A stretch of DNA of 64,000 nt, from NCBI GenBank assembly GCA_021613535.1, contig CP075494.1:16802001-16866000 (forward strand), given 5' to 3'. A program made the position numbers and the translations under genes. Under the pieces are notes generated by a model. The model was given only the letters and a program-made list of their open reading frames with translations, was not told where the DNA came from and did not search any database. Origin of the DNA: Adineta vaga (Eukaryota; Animalia; Rotifera). Of the stretch, positions 24,683 to 35,102 are shown in pieces. Position 1 is the first letter of the stretch. The number at the start of each line of letters is the position of its first letter.

Positions 24683-27367
24683 TTAAATTTGGTCGAAGAT
24701 GTGTTGGAGATGATTTCGTAGAGTGTTATCATTATTTATGGTTGCAGTTTGAATTGCTTTTTGTAGTAATCCTGTTGCATACACGTCGATTTTGGGTACG
24801 TTGCTGATCTGGTGAATGTAATTTGTTGAAGTATATATGGGCAGACCAAGAGCAGCCCGTAGTGCTTTGTTTTGCATGATCTGCAGTCTATTCCATATAT
24901 GTTGATCAGCAGTAAGCAGAACAGGATAGCCATAAATAATGATTGTGCGCACAATTGATTTGAAAATGTTTATCATTATCTTCATATTTGGATCGTAAGC
25001 TATTCTCGATAGATAGCGAAGCAGACTAATCCGGGGACTAATCTTGCTTTCTATATGGTCGAGATGCTTTCGCCAGCTGAGCCGTTTGTCGATGATAACA
25101 CCCAAGTATCTAGTGTGATCCACTGGAGTGATGATGGTGTTACCCACTTTCACTTCCACTGGATTTTTGTACTTCTTCCTTGGGCGTACGCTAAAGTGAA
25201 TCAGCTCAGTCTTCGTTGGTTGCAGTTTCCATGAAGAGCACCAACTTTCAAACGCATCTATGGACTGTTGAAGTCTTAATTTAAGACCTGTGGTGGATAT
25301 TGTCGATGTCCATAGAGCTGTGTCGTCGGCGAAGAGTCCATGTTCAGTATGAGACGGTATACCATTCATCGAATCTGCCGTGTAGATGATGTATAACAAT
25401 GGTGACAACGGAGATCCTTGTGGTGTACCGCTCTTGAGCTGGAACGGTCGTGATAAAACATTTTCTAATTCAATTGCGGCTGTTCGATTTTGCAAGAAGG
25501 AGATCAGATATCTAACTAAGTATCGAGGAAGACGTAGATCATCGAGTTTGTAGATTAAACCATCATGCCATACTGAGTCAAAAGCAGCTTTAATATCGAA
25601 GAGAACGACAGCCGAATGACGCCTCATACTTTTAGCTGTCAGCTGTTCTTCGGCGTATCGTTGTAATCTCACGATATTGTACACTGTACTCTTTCCTGGT
25701 CTGAAGCCGGCTTGATGTTCTGGTAAGATGTTGCGTCGATTTAGTTCAGACATTAGACGTTGTTTGACTATTTTCTCCAGTAACTTACCTAAGCAGCTCA
25801 GGAGACTAATAGGCCGGTAGCTAGACGGATGTTGCTTGTCTTTCTTCGGCTTTAGTAGAAGAATAATATTTGCTTGTTTCCATGTGTCGGGAATGTAACC
25901 ATAATTCAAAATTTCATTGTACAAATTGGTGAGATGTTGGACAAGTAATTTTGAATAATTCTTCAAACACCTATTATGAACGTTATCAGGTCCTGTGGCG
26001 CTGTTTCGAAGTTGTTTAAGATGATATTTAACTTCGTTAACAGTGATCTGTGTCCATTTAGTTTTGTTTGAATTGGTTGTCATTCCTTTTCTAATGCAGT
26101 TGGTTCGACTAGTTACTTGATCATGAAATGGCAGTGTGTCAGGCGCTTCGAAGTAGACCTCATTTTGGAAGTAATCCGCAAAAAGATCTGCCTTCTCCTT
26201 GTCTGACTTTGCTGAGATGTTGTTGTATTTCATGACGTTCGCATAGGTTTGCTTGATCCTTTTGTTGTGGAACTTGCGCACCGTTCGCCAGACTGCATCC
26301 GAATACATTTTCTTCTGACATAATGAAGACATTAACTTGTTGAAGTTGTTTCTTCTGTCATTTCCAAGTGAATTTGTAAGTAAGACTTTCGACTTGTAGA
26401 ACTGATGCTTATCTGCATCATCTCTAGTCTTCTTCCATTTTCGATATGCTTGATGTTTGAGATGGATCAAGTTTTTCGAAACTTCACTTGGTGAATACGA
26501 TGTAATCGTTTGTTTAACACGTGGAATAGCTTCTTGCGTTGCTACCAATATGCTATTGGTAATGAACGATTTATATTCTTCTATGTCTAATGTTGATTTT
26601 AATCGACGATCCATGTTCCATAACTTCAGTTGTTGGTCTAATTTACTTCTGAATAATGGCCACTTGGCTGCATTGAAATTATATGATATCCTCGGAGAGA
26701 GAATTTTGACTTCTGCTCTGAGTGGAATATCGAAGGTTAATGGTTTGTGTCCAGTAACTGTGCCGATAAGTGGATGTGTTTCAACATTTGTGATGAACGA
26801 AAGAAGTGGTTGACTAGCTAATATCCAGTCAAGTTTTTCTTCATAATCATGTCTTTCAAATGTTGTATAATCATCTTCGACACAATCGATTAAACCTTCT
26901 TTAAATAATTCTTGCAGCTGTCTTCCCTTTCTATTGGTCTTGTGCGATCTCTTGTGATCCAATATTGCATTAAAATCACCTACGATAATACAGTTGTTGT
27001 TAATGTTGTATAAGTCGTCGAAGGTACTACGATTAATTTTGGCTGTTGGAGGGACGTAAATGGAGGATATAAGTATTGATTTAAAACCATGGGTTTCTAT
27101 CTCTACTGCTATCACTTCATTTTCTTGAATTGTCTTGTTGTAAACTTCACGACATTTAATGTGACGCTTGATTGCAAGAAGAACTCCACCACCAGATTTA
27201 CCTACTCGATCATTTCTGAAAATGTTATAACCCCATAGAGAGAACTGACGTTCACTCTTGAGATTAGTTTCATTCACCGAAATGACGTCGTACTTGGAAA
27301 ACCGAGCTAAGAGTTCATCCTTGTGTTTGACTATGGTGGTAATGTTAATGTGGCATATCCGAATCAT
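24683..27367 (-). CDS. LINE ORF2: APE endonuclease + reverse transcriptase
   Basis: NET, GGGV, GDFNA and GHKPL endonuclease motifs; YRPISLL, FDIKAAFD, GTPQGSPLSP, LFADD and YLGV RT motifs. Open frame with ATG at 27367. Confidence 0.95.
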   Translation of the reverse strand: MIRICHINITTIVKHKDELLARFSKYDVISVNETNLKSERQFSLWGYNIFRNDRVGKSGGGVLLAIKRHIKCREVYNKTIQENEVIAVEIETHGFKSILISSIYVPPTAKINRSTFDDLYNINNNCIIVGDFNAILDHKRSHKTNRKGRQLQELFKEGLIDCVEDDYTTFERHDYEEKLDWILASQPLLSFITNVETHPLIGTVTGHKPLTFDIPLRAEVKILSPRISYNFNAAKWPLFRSKLDQQLKLWNMDRRLKSTLDIEEYKSFITNSILVATQEAIPRVKQTITSYSPSEVSKNLIHLKHQAYRKWKKTRDDADKHQFYKSKVLLTNSLGNDRRNNFNKLMSSLCQKKMYSDAVWRTVRKFHNKRIKQTYANVMKYNNISAKSDKEKADLFADYFQNEVYFEAPDTLPFHDQVTSRTNCIRKGMTTNSNKTKWTQITVNEVKYHLKQLRNSATGPDNVHNRCLKNYSKLLVQHLTNLYNEILNYGYIPDTWKQANIILLLKPKKDKQHPSSYRPISLLSCLGKLLEKIVKQRLMSELNRRNILPEHQAGFRPGKSTVYNIVRLQRYAEEQLTAKSMRRHSAVVLFDIKAAFDSVWHDGLIYKLDDLRLPRYLVRYLISFLQNRTAAIELENVLSRPFQLKSGTPQGSPLSPLLYIIYTADSMNGIPSHTEHGLFADDTALWTSTISTTGLKLRLQQSIDAFESWCSSWKLQPTKTELIHFSVRPRKKYKNPVEVKVGNTIITPVDHTRYLGVIIDKRLSWRKHLDHIESKISPRISLLRYLSRIAYDPNMKIMINIFKSIVRTIIIYGYPVLLTADQHIWNRLQIMQNKALRAALGLPIYTSTNYIHQISNVPKIDVYATGLLQKAIQTATINNDNTLRNHLQHIFDQI

Positions 27368-28850
27368 CGATGTCACTCGTTCTAAAGTCTTTGGTGTTGT
27401 TTTTCTTCGTCGTTTTGTCTTTTGGGCTATTTTGACGAACGACCTCTTTTGTTTTTGTTAGATGCTTCGTTTTTATCCTGTGTCTGTTGTTGTTTTGGCA
27501 GAGGAATATTCGAAGCTGTGTTGACCTTTGACGAGATTGTAATCGTCGATTCTGTTGTTGGAGGTTGATCTTTTGTTTGTTTTGTTGGGCTTTGATGTGC
27601 TTAACTACTTCACTTTCCTCCTGAGAGTCGGAGTCAGAGTTGGCTATAGCATCATCTTGGCTATTTGCTTGTATTCCAATTGACTTTTCGATGTATTTGA
27701 TCTTTTGCTGTAGCTTGAGGAATAATCGACTAGTTGTTTCTTCGATTAGTTTTTCCATTTTACTACTAAATGCATTGAACATTTGATCGAATAAGTCATT
27801 TTGGAAGTTGTCTTGTTGTCGTTGGAATGGATTTGGTAATGGTGGAAAATGGTTGTTGTCGTGGAGGGCCGGTACTGATGTTGTTGGTCTGCTTGCTGTT
27901 GAGTATTGGTTAATCAAGTTTAGCATTCTTTTTTCCTGATCTTTGAATTGTGGACAATCAGTAGAAATAGCTAAATGATTACCTTTACAGTTGTGGCATT
28001 TGGCTGCATCGCTGGCAACAGAGCATTGATCCAATTTGTGGTTTTCACCACAACGGGCACATACTTGTTGCTTCGTTTTGCAGTATTTGGCCACATGATT
28101 GTATTGTAAGCAGATGTAACATTGCACCGGCTTGTTGTTTTGTGATGCTGGTTCGGCGGTAAAGTGCATGCAATCCACCTGCAAACCAGTATACACGAAG
28201 GTGTTTCGATTTTGAACATCATTAAATGATATTTTGATTGTTCTTGTTGGGGTCTTTCCATCTTTACTGGTGAGACGAGTAACATTTGTAGCATCAAAAC
28301 CAGCGGCTTGTAATGCTTCTGTTATTCGATCATCAGGTATTTCAAGATCGACCCGTTTGACGAAAGCCACTTTTTCTGTATCCTTGATCCGTTGAATAGA
28401 TCGAGGAACATAGACTTTAACGTCAGTTTGACCATTTGCAGCTAATGTTGGTGAGAGATCGTTGAGCATAATGTTGAACGATTTGACATCACTAGCATAC
28501 AATGTAAAATTTCCTGAACGTCCGAGCTGGATGTCAGTAATTTTGATGTCGCTAAATTGCTGCTTCAAAATATCATTTAATGCCAGTTTCGTTAATTTGG
28601 CTCCCTCTAGGACTAGAGGAGCAATGCTGAATGGCTGTTGGTTGTTTTTCTTTGGCTTGGGTGTGCTGCCGACTAGGCCAGTTCTTTGTGAACTGTTCGT
28701 TGTTGTCGATGTCATTGTTGTCGTTGTTTTCTTTGTTTTTGGTGTTTTTGTTGTTGTGGATGACTGTGATTGTTGGCTGTCGAAACTTATGTTTAGCTTC
28801 TGCGCGCCAGCACCACCACCCCCTCCTTTAGGAGGCATCGACGAGAACAA
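27345..28850 (-). CDS. LINE ORF1 gag-like protein with three CCHC zinc knuckles
   Basis: CYICLQYNHVAKYC, CARCGENHKLDQC, CHNCKGNHLAISTDC. Slightly overlaps ORF2. Confidence 0.92.
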   Translation of the reverse strand: MFSSMPPKGGGGGAGAQKLNISFDSQQSQSSTTTKTPKTKKTTTTMTSTTTNSSQRTGLVGSTPKPKKNNQQPFSIAPLVLEGAKLTKLALNDILKQQFSDIKITDIQLGRSGNFTLYASDVKSFNIMLNDLSPTLAANGQTDVKVYVPRSIQRIKDTEKVAFVKRVDLEIPDDRITEALQAAGFDATNVTRLTSKDGKTPTRTIKISFNDVQNRNTFVYTGLQVDCMHFTAEPASQNNKPVQCYICLQYNHVAKYCKTKQQVCARCGENHKLDQCSVASDAAKCHNCKGNHLAISTDCPQFKDQEKRMLNLINQYSTASRPTTSVPALHDNNHFPPLPNPFQRQQDNFQNDLFDQMFNAFSSKMEKLIEETTSRLFLKLQQKIKYIEKSIGIQANSQDDAIANSDSDSQEESEVVKHIKAQQNKQKINLQQQNRRLQSRQRSTQLRIFLCQNNNRHRIKTKHLTKTKEVVRQNSPKDKTTKKNNTKDFRTSDIDDSDMPH

Positions 28851-29759
28851 AGAGTTTTTACAAAACTTCTTCCTGCTGTTGAGATTAGAGAAACTCTCGA
28901 AAACCGGAAGTAAGAAAGATCTTTAAGTCGTGAGACTTAACAGAAATAAAAAGAAGATGTAAGGATTGAAACCACGTAGAATAACGTAAGTTCAGAAAAA
29001 GACGAAAAGAGAGCCCTCGATAATGCGACTGATCGCTATCGAGTATAGAACGCGAATGATGATTGATTAATTCACGAATATTTCTGTATCATATCTTTAG
29101 TTGTATTATAAATAAATATTCTAAATGGGATAAAGATTATTTGAGATATTTTTATCTAGAAATAAATTAACATTCTAGGATGATGTTTTCTGAAATATTA
29201 TCTTCTAGTTCATTCTCCACAGCTAGAAGTGATTGATTGTTTTTATCTGTTGGTATAGAGTCATCTATTTGCTAAATAGAAATAGAGATATTATATATTG
29301 TATTTGATTAAATATCATCTTATTGAAAGCGAAAACAGTGAGAAGTTGATGATGAACATCATCGAAAGTCATATGACCATCAATCCAATCACAAATTCGT
29401 GTGTCACAACCTTTTTCAAGATCAAGTTTTTTCACTCGACCATCTCTAGTTAAGAATGGTAGAGGATGCTTCTGAACAGTGATTTTTATGTTTATGCTTA
29501 TGTTCACTAATACTTTCTATTACTGAAACACATTGCAATATCGATATGGTTGTTATAACATATTTTATCAGATGTTAATGAAATGATTATTCCAGTCAGA
29601 ATTTATTATTCAAGACAAAAGAAAAAAAAAGAAACTGTTTGAAATCACGATATTCAATGTCGATTTAACAATATTTTCGGTTGACTACATAAAACAGAAG
29701 ACGAAATAAAATGAAAATGAAGTTTTGTTTCTTTTTTCGTTTATTAATCTCTCTCTAAG

Positions 29760-30040
29760 ATGTTTGACTACGTCGCACCCGAATTTCATATGAAATCTGT
29801 TCACTTGTACCATCATGTTTGTATGTACAACTGACAATGATATGTTCCCGATTATGATCAGAAGTTGCTTTTAAAATTTCCAAACTATTACCAACTCGAT
29901 ATAGACTTCTTGGAAGTTCCTCATTATCATCACACCACCAATAAATACGATCATAATCAGATGGAGCTTGAATTAATAGACTTTCACCTTCATCAATCGA
30001 TATTGGGCTTGAGAGATTGAATACTGAAGAAATATTATAA
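29760..30040 (-). pseudogene. Decayed immunoglobulin-like domain exon
   Basis: After a ttctag acceptor: IDEGESLLIQAP..RIYWW..ELP..GNSLEILKAT, with GTYHCQL in an adjacent frame. Fits a frameshifted I-set Ig pattern. Confidence 0.4.
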
Positions 30041-30108
30041 CTAGAATGTTCTTAAAGAAAACAATATTTCATCTCGATAATTACCACGTGAAATCGAACA
30101 ATGATGTA

Positions 30109-30165
30109 TTGAGGGCGAGGGTATGGAATGAAAAGAATACTCACACCCACACCCACACCCTCGAG
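30109..30165. repeat. Telomere-like palindromic element
   Basis: TTGAGGGCGAGGGTATGG-spacer-TACTCACACCCACACCCACACCCTCGAG. Confidence 0.8.
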
Positions 30166-31074
30166 AGTGCTTGCTTTCCTCATGAGTTGGACAAAGGGGG
30201 TGTTTGTGGTTGTCTATGCGCATCACTGTCTGACTTGAAAGTGCTAGTAGGAAGCACGACTACGCGATCTCACAAACTCAAGGCACCGTAGTGATAGGGC
30301 AAAACGCTAGTACTCGCCTGCCTCAGAAACTCTAGTTAAGTTGAAAGAAATCAACTTACCCGCAGATGTTTGCCTTGCAGTCTACAATGGTTGTCAATCC
30401 CCCATACATTTACACTCAAATCTATAAATAAGAAAAAAAGAAAACATAATTTCTTCAAAGCAGCTTACCTTAAGACACGATGTCAAAATCCATGAAGACC
30501 TGCATGTTGACCACCATTCTCCTAAATTAATATACAAAAAGAACAGTATCATGTGTAAAAAATTTCCACTTACTTCTTTCACACCTGCAAGCCCACGATT
30601 CATCATGCACCTAAAAAAATAACAATAAAATAGTTTCTCAAATTCACATAATATCGATATCATACACATACCTTTATCATACAACACAAATCAAAATTCA
30701 TACTTATTTGAACCTAAAAAAACCTATTATAAATCAGACCGTAAACAAGAACCCTGAAATTAGCCCAATATTTATACAGACTATGGTCAGATTCATATAG
30801 AATATGGATATGGTCTAGGGACCTATCTCATTGAAATATGAATAGTGGCTTTGGTGAATTTCATATAGAATATGAATATGGATTCTGGATGGTATAAATT
30901 GCGTAAACTTTGCTTATGCCTTCCTAATTTTTTCTATGGGCATATTACAAAATGCACCAAGCGTGCCATGTGATTGAACCAATACTTATAAAGTTTGAAA
31001 CAATAGTGAAAGCTAGCTGTAGATCAGTGGAACCTGGGCAGATGCGTTGCATTATTTAGGATACTGTAAGTGTT

Positions 31075-31905
31075 AAAGAACGGATTCTATAAGATTAGAA
31101 ACGACTGATGGAAGGAATCACGGTTTCGGAAAATCTGTAGGGAGCCATCTGAAAGATTGCGTCACTATTGAGAGTTCGGAAGGAGTTTGACTAAACCTTA
31201 CGTCGCAATGCAAAATCATCGACAGTTTCGGAGACTGTGTATAGAACCATTTGCCATAACACACAAGCATCGATAGTTTTGAGGAAACTTTGCTGAACCG
31301 TGTTTCAGAATGCGAAACCAATGATAGTTTGGTAGAAATTGTAGTAAACTATCTCCTGGAATATAGGACCAGGGATAGTTCAAGAGAAGTTCTACTGAAC
31401 CATGTGTCATGGTGCGGAACCATTGGTAGTTTTGGATGAATCTTACTGAACTATTCCCTAGAATACAGAACCGTGGATAGTTTAGGATGATTTCTACGGA
31501 ACCGCGTGTCACAGTGCAGAACGACTGATAGTTTCGTAGGTATGATACAGAACCTTTCGATGACTTACCGAACTATGCCTAGTTTTGTATTTGGTGTACG
31601 GAACCAACAGGCAGTTTATGAAACCCTCATGAGTTTCGTAGGTGCAATACGGAACCTTTAGAGCACTAACTGAACCCCTAGGAGTTCCGTGTTATGGGTC
31701 CGAAACCATCAGTAGTTTTGTTCAACACATAAAGAACCTTCTGACGGTTTAGTATAAAACGTACGAAACTATGTATGAATTTCAGAACTTAAAAAGGTTT
31801 TCATCGGCGGTTACGGAACCTTTTTCACTCTACCAAACTTATATTAGTTCGAGGCAGAACTACTGAACCTTTGAAGTTCAGGGATGTACCTTTTTTTTTA
31901 GAGTG
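31075..31905. mobile_element. Non-autonomous DNA-transposon remnant with a degenerate ~51-bp tandem array and a CACTC-type terminus
   Basis: Periodic GAACC...GATAGTTT units. Right end TTTTTTTTAGAGTG (reverse complement CACTCTAAAAAA). Left terminus not found. Confidence 0.55.
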
Positions 31906-32925
31906 AACGGAAGCAGCCAACAACATATGCGCTACGATAGGTCAGGATCTAGTCTCCACTCGTACCGCGCAACGTTGGTTCAATTATTTCAAGAATGGGG
32001 ATTTAGAACTCGACGATGTACCTCGATTCGGTCGACCAATAGAACTGGATGTGAATTTTCTAAAGCAGCTTATCGAACAAGATCCTCGATTGACTTTACG
32101 GTGTGTAGCAGAGCAGCTTGGGTGTTCTCATACTACGGTGCAAAAACATCTGATAGAGTTAGGCAAGACGTGGAAATATGGAGTATGGATACCCCATGAA
32201 TTATCCTCACATCAATTACAGCAGAGAGTTGATACATGTATGGATTTAATCACATCTCATCGCAACTATCAATGGTTATCCAATCTGATTACTGGCGATG
32301 AGAAGTGGGTGTTGTATGTTAATTACACGCGTGGACGTCAGTGGTTGAGCACTGGTCAAACAGGCGTAGCAACACCGAAGACTGATCCACATCCTAAGAA
32401 GTTGATGCTGAGTGTCTGGTGGAGTATTAAAGGAGTTATTCATTGGGAAATTCTACCAAATGGTTACACTATCACTGCTGATCTGTACTGTCAACAATTG
32501 GATCGGGTTGCAGAGAAACTCAAAGGAAATCAGGATCGAGTTTATTTTTTACATGATAACGCAAGACCACACATTGCAAAGTTGACCCGTGAAAAATGAT
32601 TGAAGCTTGGTTGGATTACGGTTCCTCATCCACCTTATTCTCCTGACTTGGCTCCAACAGACTACCATTTGTTTCGTTCTCTTTCGAATGATTTACGTGA
32701 TAAAAAATTCAAAGACGAAAGCGATGTCAAAACGGAACTTGTCAAGTTCTTTGATGAAAAATCCCAGGACTTCTACCAGCGCGGGATCATGTCTCTGCCA
32801 GAACGTTGACGACAAGTGGTAGATAGTAATGGTAAATATATATCTGAAAACTAGTTGTACTTTTGAAGTGAAAAAACAAAAATAAAATTTTTGAAAAAAA
32901 CGCCAAAACTTTGTTGACAACCTAA
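31906..32925 (+). mobile_element. 5'-truncated mariner (DD34D) element with an inactivated transposase
   Basis: Frame continues upstream of the ORF call (TEAANNIC..TAQRWF..GRP). Motifs WIPHEL, TGDEKW, HDNARPH, YSPDLAPTDYHLF. Premature TGA at 32597 and 32807; stop at 32854. Right TIR ..TTGACAACCTAA followed by TA. Confidence 0.92.
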
Positions 32926-35102
32926 TAGAATAAAATCATGACAGATCTGATTTATTATTTACTATGAATAGAAAACATTCTACATCGAGAAAGTAAAAAC
33001 AGATTGTTTTAAATCAACATTAAATATCATAAAAACTATTCTGTTATAACGTTTTTATTGGAAAAAAATAGAAAATGAAATGGTTTTATTCGATATAGAT
33101 CTAGTTTAATCCGAATTCGATAATGAATCTTTTCTGTTGGCTGAGTGAATAAATATAAATCGAACAAGCTAAACACGGATATTATTTTAGATAATTCTAA
33201 GAAATTAGTATTTCTATACATACAGATTGACTAAATTGAATGAAGATTCTATTTTGATCAACAATATAATCTTTCATATCATTTATAATATTATGATTTT
33301 CACTGTTCTTTTTGTTACTATTCACATTTCAATAGGAATGACTACAACAGCTTGCATCCTCATCCTACTCAAAAAAAATCTAAACTCTTAAATCATTATA
33401 TCTGTATCTAACATAGAAAAATAACTTACGTCTGGTATTATTTGTGTTTTGAAAAGAGTTAGTTAAAAAGAAAGAAAAAGCATTATGTTACCTAATTTCA
33501 AAGTTGTGTTTCACAGACAAATCTGCTGCATCACATTTAGAAAAGAAACATTTTTCTTACATAGTTCTATTCTACGCCATTATGACTTCATCTAATCAAA
33601 GTGTTAATCTAACTGGTGATAATTCAATTATGATATATAATCATCTGAGCTGCGATTCCACCTATTTTACCTATTTTTCACCGAAAAAACGAGGAATATA
33701 ACTGATTTTTCAAATATATAACAGAAAGAAAAGGCTATTTAAAGAATAATAGTCGAAATTTAACTCAGCTAACATTTTAAGTCCTTCTAAAGACAGTATT
33801 TATTAGAAGTAACAGTAGAATATGGTGCTATTTCAGAAATATATGCAGCAAATCTTTTAATTGATGTTGATCGCAAAAAATTAACATCTGTCATCGAAAT
33901 GATTTTGAACTATTAAGCTCTATCGTTGACAAAACTCTGATTCTGTCATTAAAAGATAGTTTTTAAAATTTTTTTGACAGAATGTTTTATTTTTTCTAAG
34001 GTGCACGCAATGCAAAAATCGAGTGAAATTTATTTTTGCTTTTTTCGCACATGGTTTGATAGAGCGTGAGCTGCTGATCACGATGCACTACTTTTTATCC
34101 TTTTTAGAAGCTATTTTGTAGTCAAAAATCGCAAAATCCTTGAAAAACCCGAGTTCTCTCCAAAATCACGATTTTGGACAAAATATGCAAAAATCACTAT
34201 TTTTCGGTTCTTGAAAATTCTTGAAAATATTTTTTTTAGATTCAGCATCAAAAACTGATTCTAAAAAACCTCTGAAATCATTCTTATCCCAAAAATTTTT
34301 CAAATGGGGGCATTTCTCATGTGTTCCACTACACTACTTATAGGTGGATCTTGTAAACCTATCTAGTTTTCGTAGGGAGGTGCTGGAGCGAAATTTTTTT
34401 TTGTTTTGATCCTCATACTAGCCTCTATCAAAGTACGCATCGCTTTTGTTTTCATCTATTTTCCTCGTGGAGAAAAGTTCACTTTACTGATGGTATGACG
34501 ATTCTTCTACCGATTGCAACCTAATATTTTATCAATGTAAATTTTAGATTTCAGTTTGATTCTGAGGCTCGGGACTGGGGCCTGACTTCCTAACTAAAAG
34601 TGCGATCGGTCGATGTCATGTCTGCTCTATCAAGCTCAATGATCACTCATTAACAATAATATTTCACTCGACCCGTTCTCTTTTCTTCTCTTTATCTGTT
34701 AATATATGCTTGTTAATTGAATGCACGAGAAATAAAATTCAATCATTTTATGAATAAACTGGTATTCTAGTTATGATCAGTAATTAAGCTAGTAGAATCC
34801 GCAAACATCGATGCAATCACACAGCTAATGTTTGCATTGCACATATTTCATCTGAGTATAATATTGAATAAATCTCATTTACGTTATAGTTGAGTTTACT
34901 TTATACTCTCATCGGTATCTTTTCCTCCCTTTTAAACTTCAGTCGATATTTCTGGTACAAAGATCTTATCACCTTTCTATTATAAGAAAGTTTATTTTAT
35001 TGTATTTACATTTGTAGAAGAAAATATTCGGATTATTTGTGAAATTACGAGAAGAGCGTTTTATTCTTTGTTAGGAGAATTTGCTCGTTGTCTTTATTAT
35101 CA

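Larger units (their letters stand above)
24140..29057 (-). mobile_element. Full-length non-LTR retrotransposon, Jockey-like (two ORFs)
   Basis: Poly(A) tail (T run 24140-24158) preceded by AATAAA. Perfect TSD GATGATTGATTAA(TT) at 24127 and 29058. Gag-like ORF1 plus APE-RT ORF2. Confidence 0.95.

Noticed and set aside
26457-28926. Plus-strand ORFs over the LINE (and similar shadows over the RTE, GPCR, HEAT and NHL genes)
   Set aside because: Antisense shadows of real coding frames.
29265-29507. 80-aa ORF next to the LINE as a disrupted host gene
   Set aside because: No recognisable family, and no open frame could be rebuilt across the TSD.
31010-31070. tRNA-like start (TAGATCAGTGG)
   Set aside because: Only an A-box-like string; no anticodon arm, T arm or acceptor pairing.
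33960-34340. Probable DNA-transposon fragments (also ~22900-23230, 23460-23550, 49190-49290, 53215-53349)
   Set aside because: They look TE-derived, but paired termini and TSDs could not be established convincingly, so they were not annotated.
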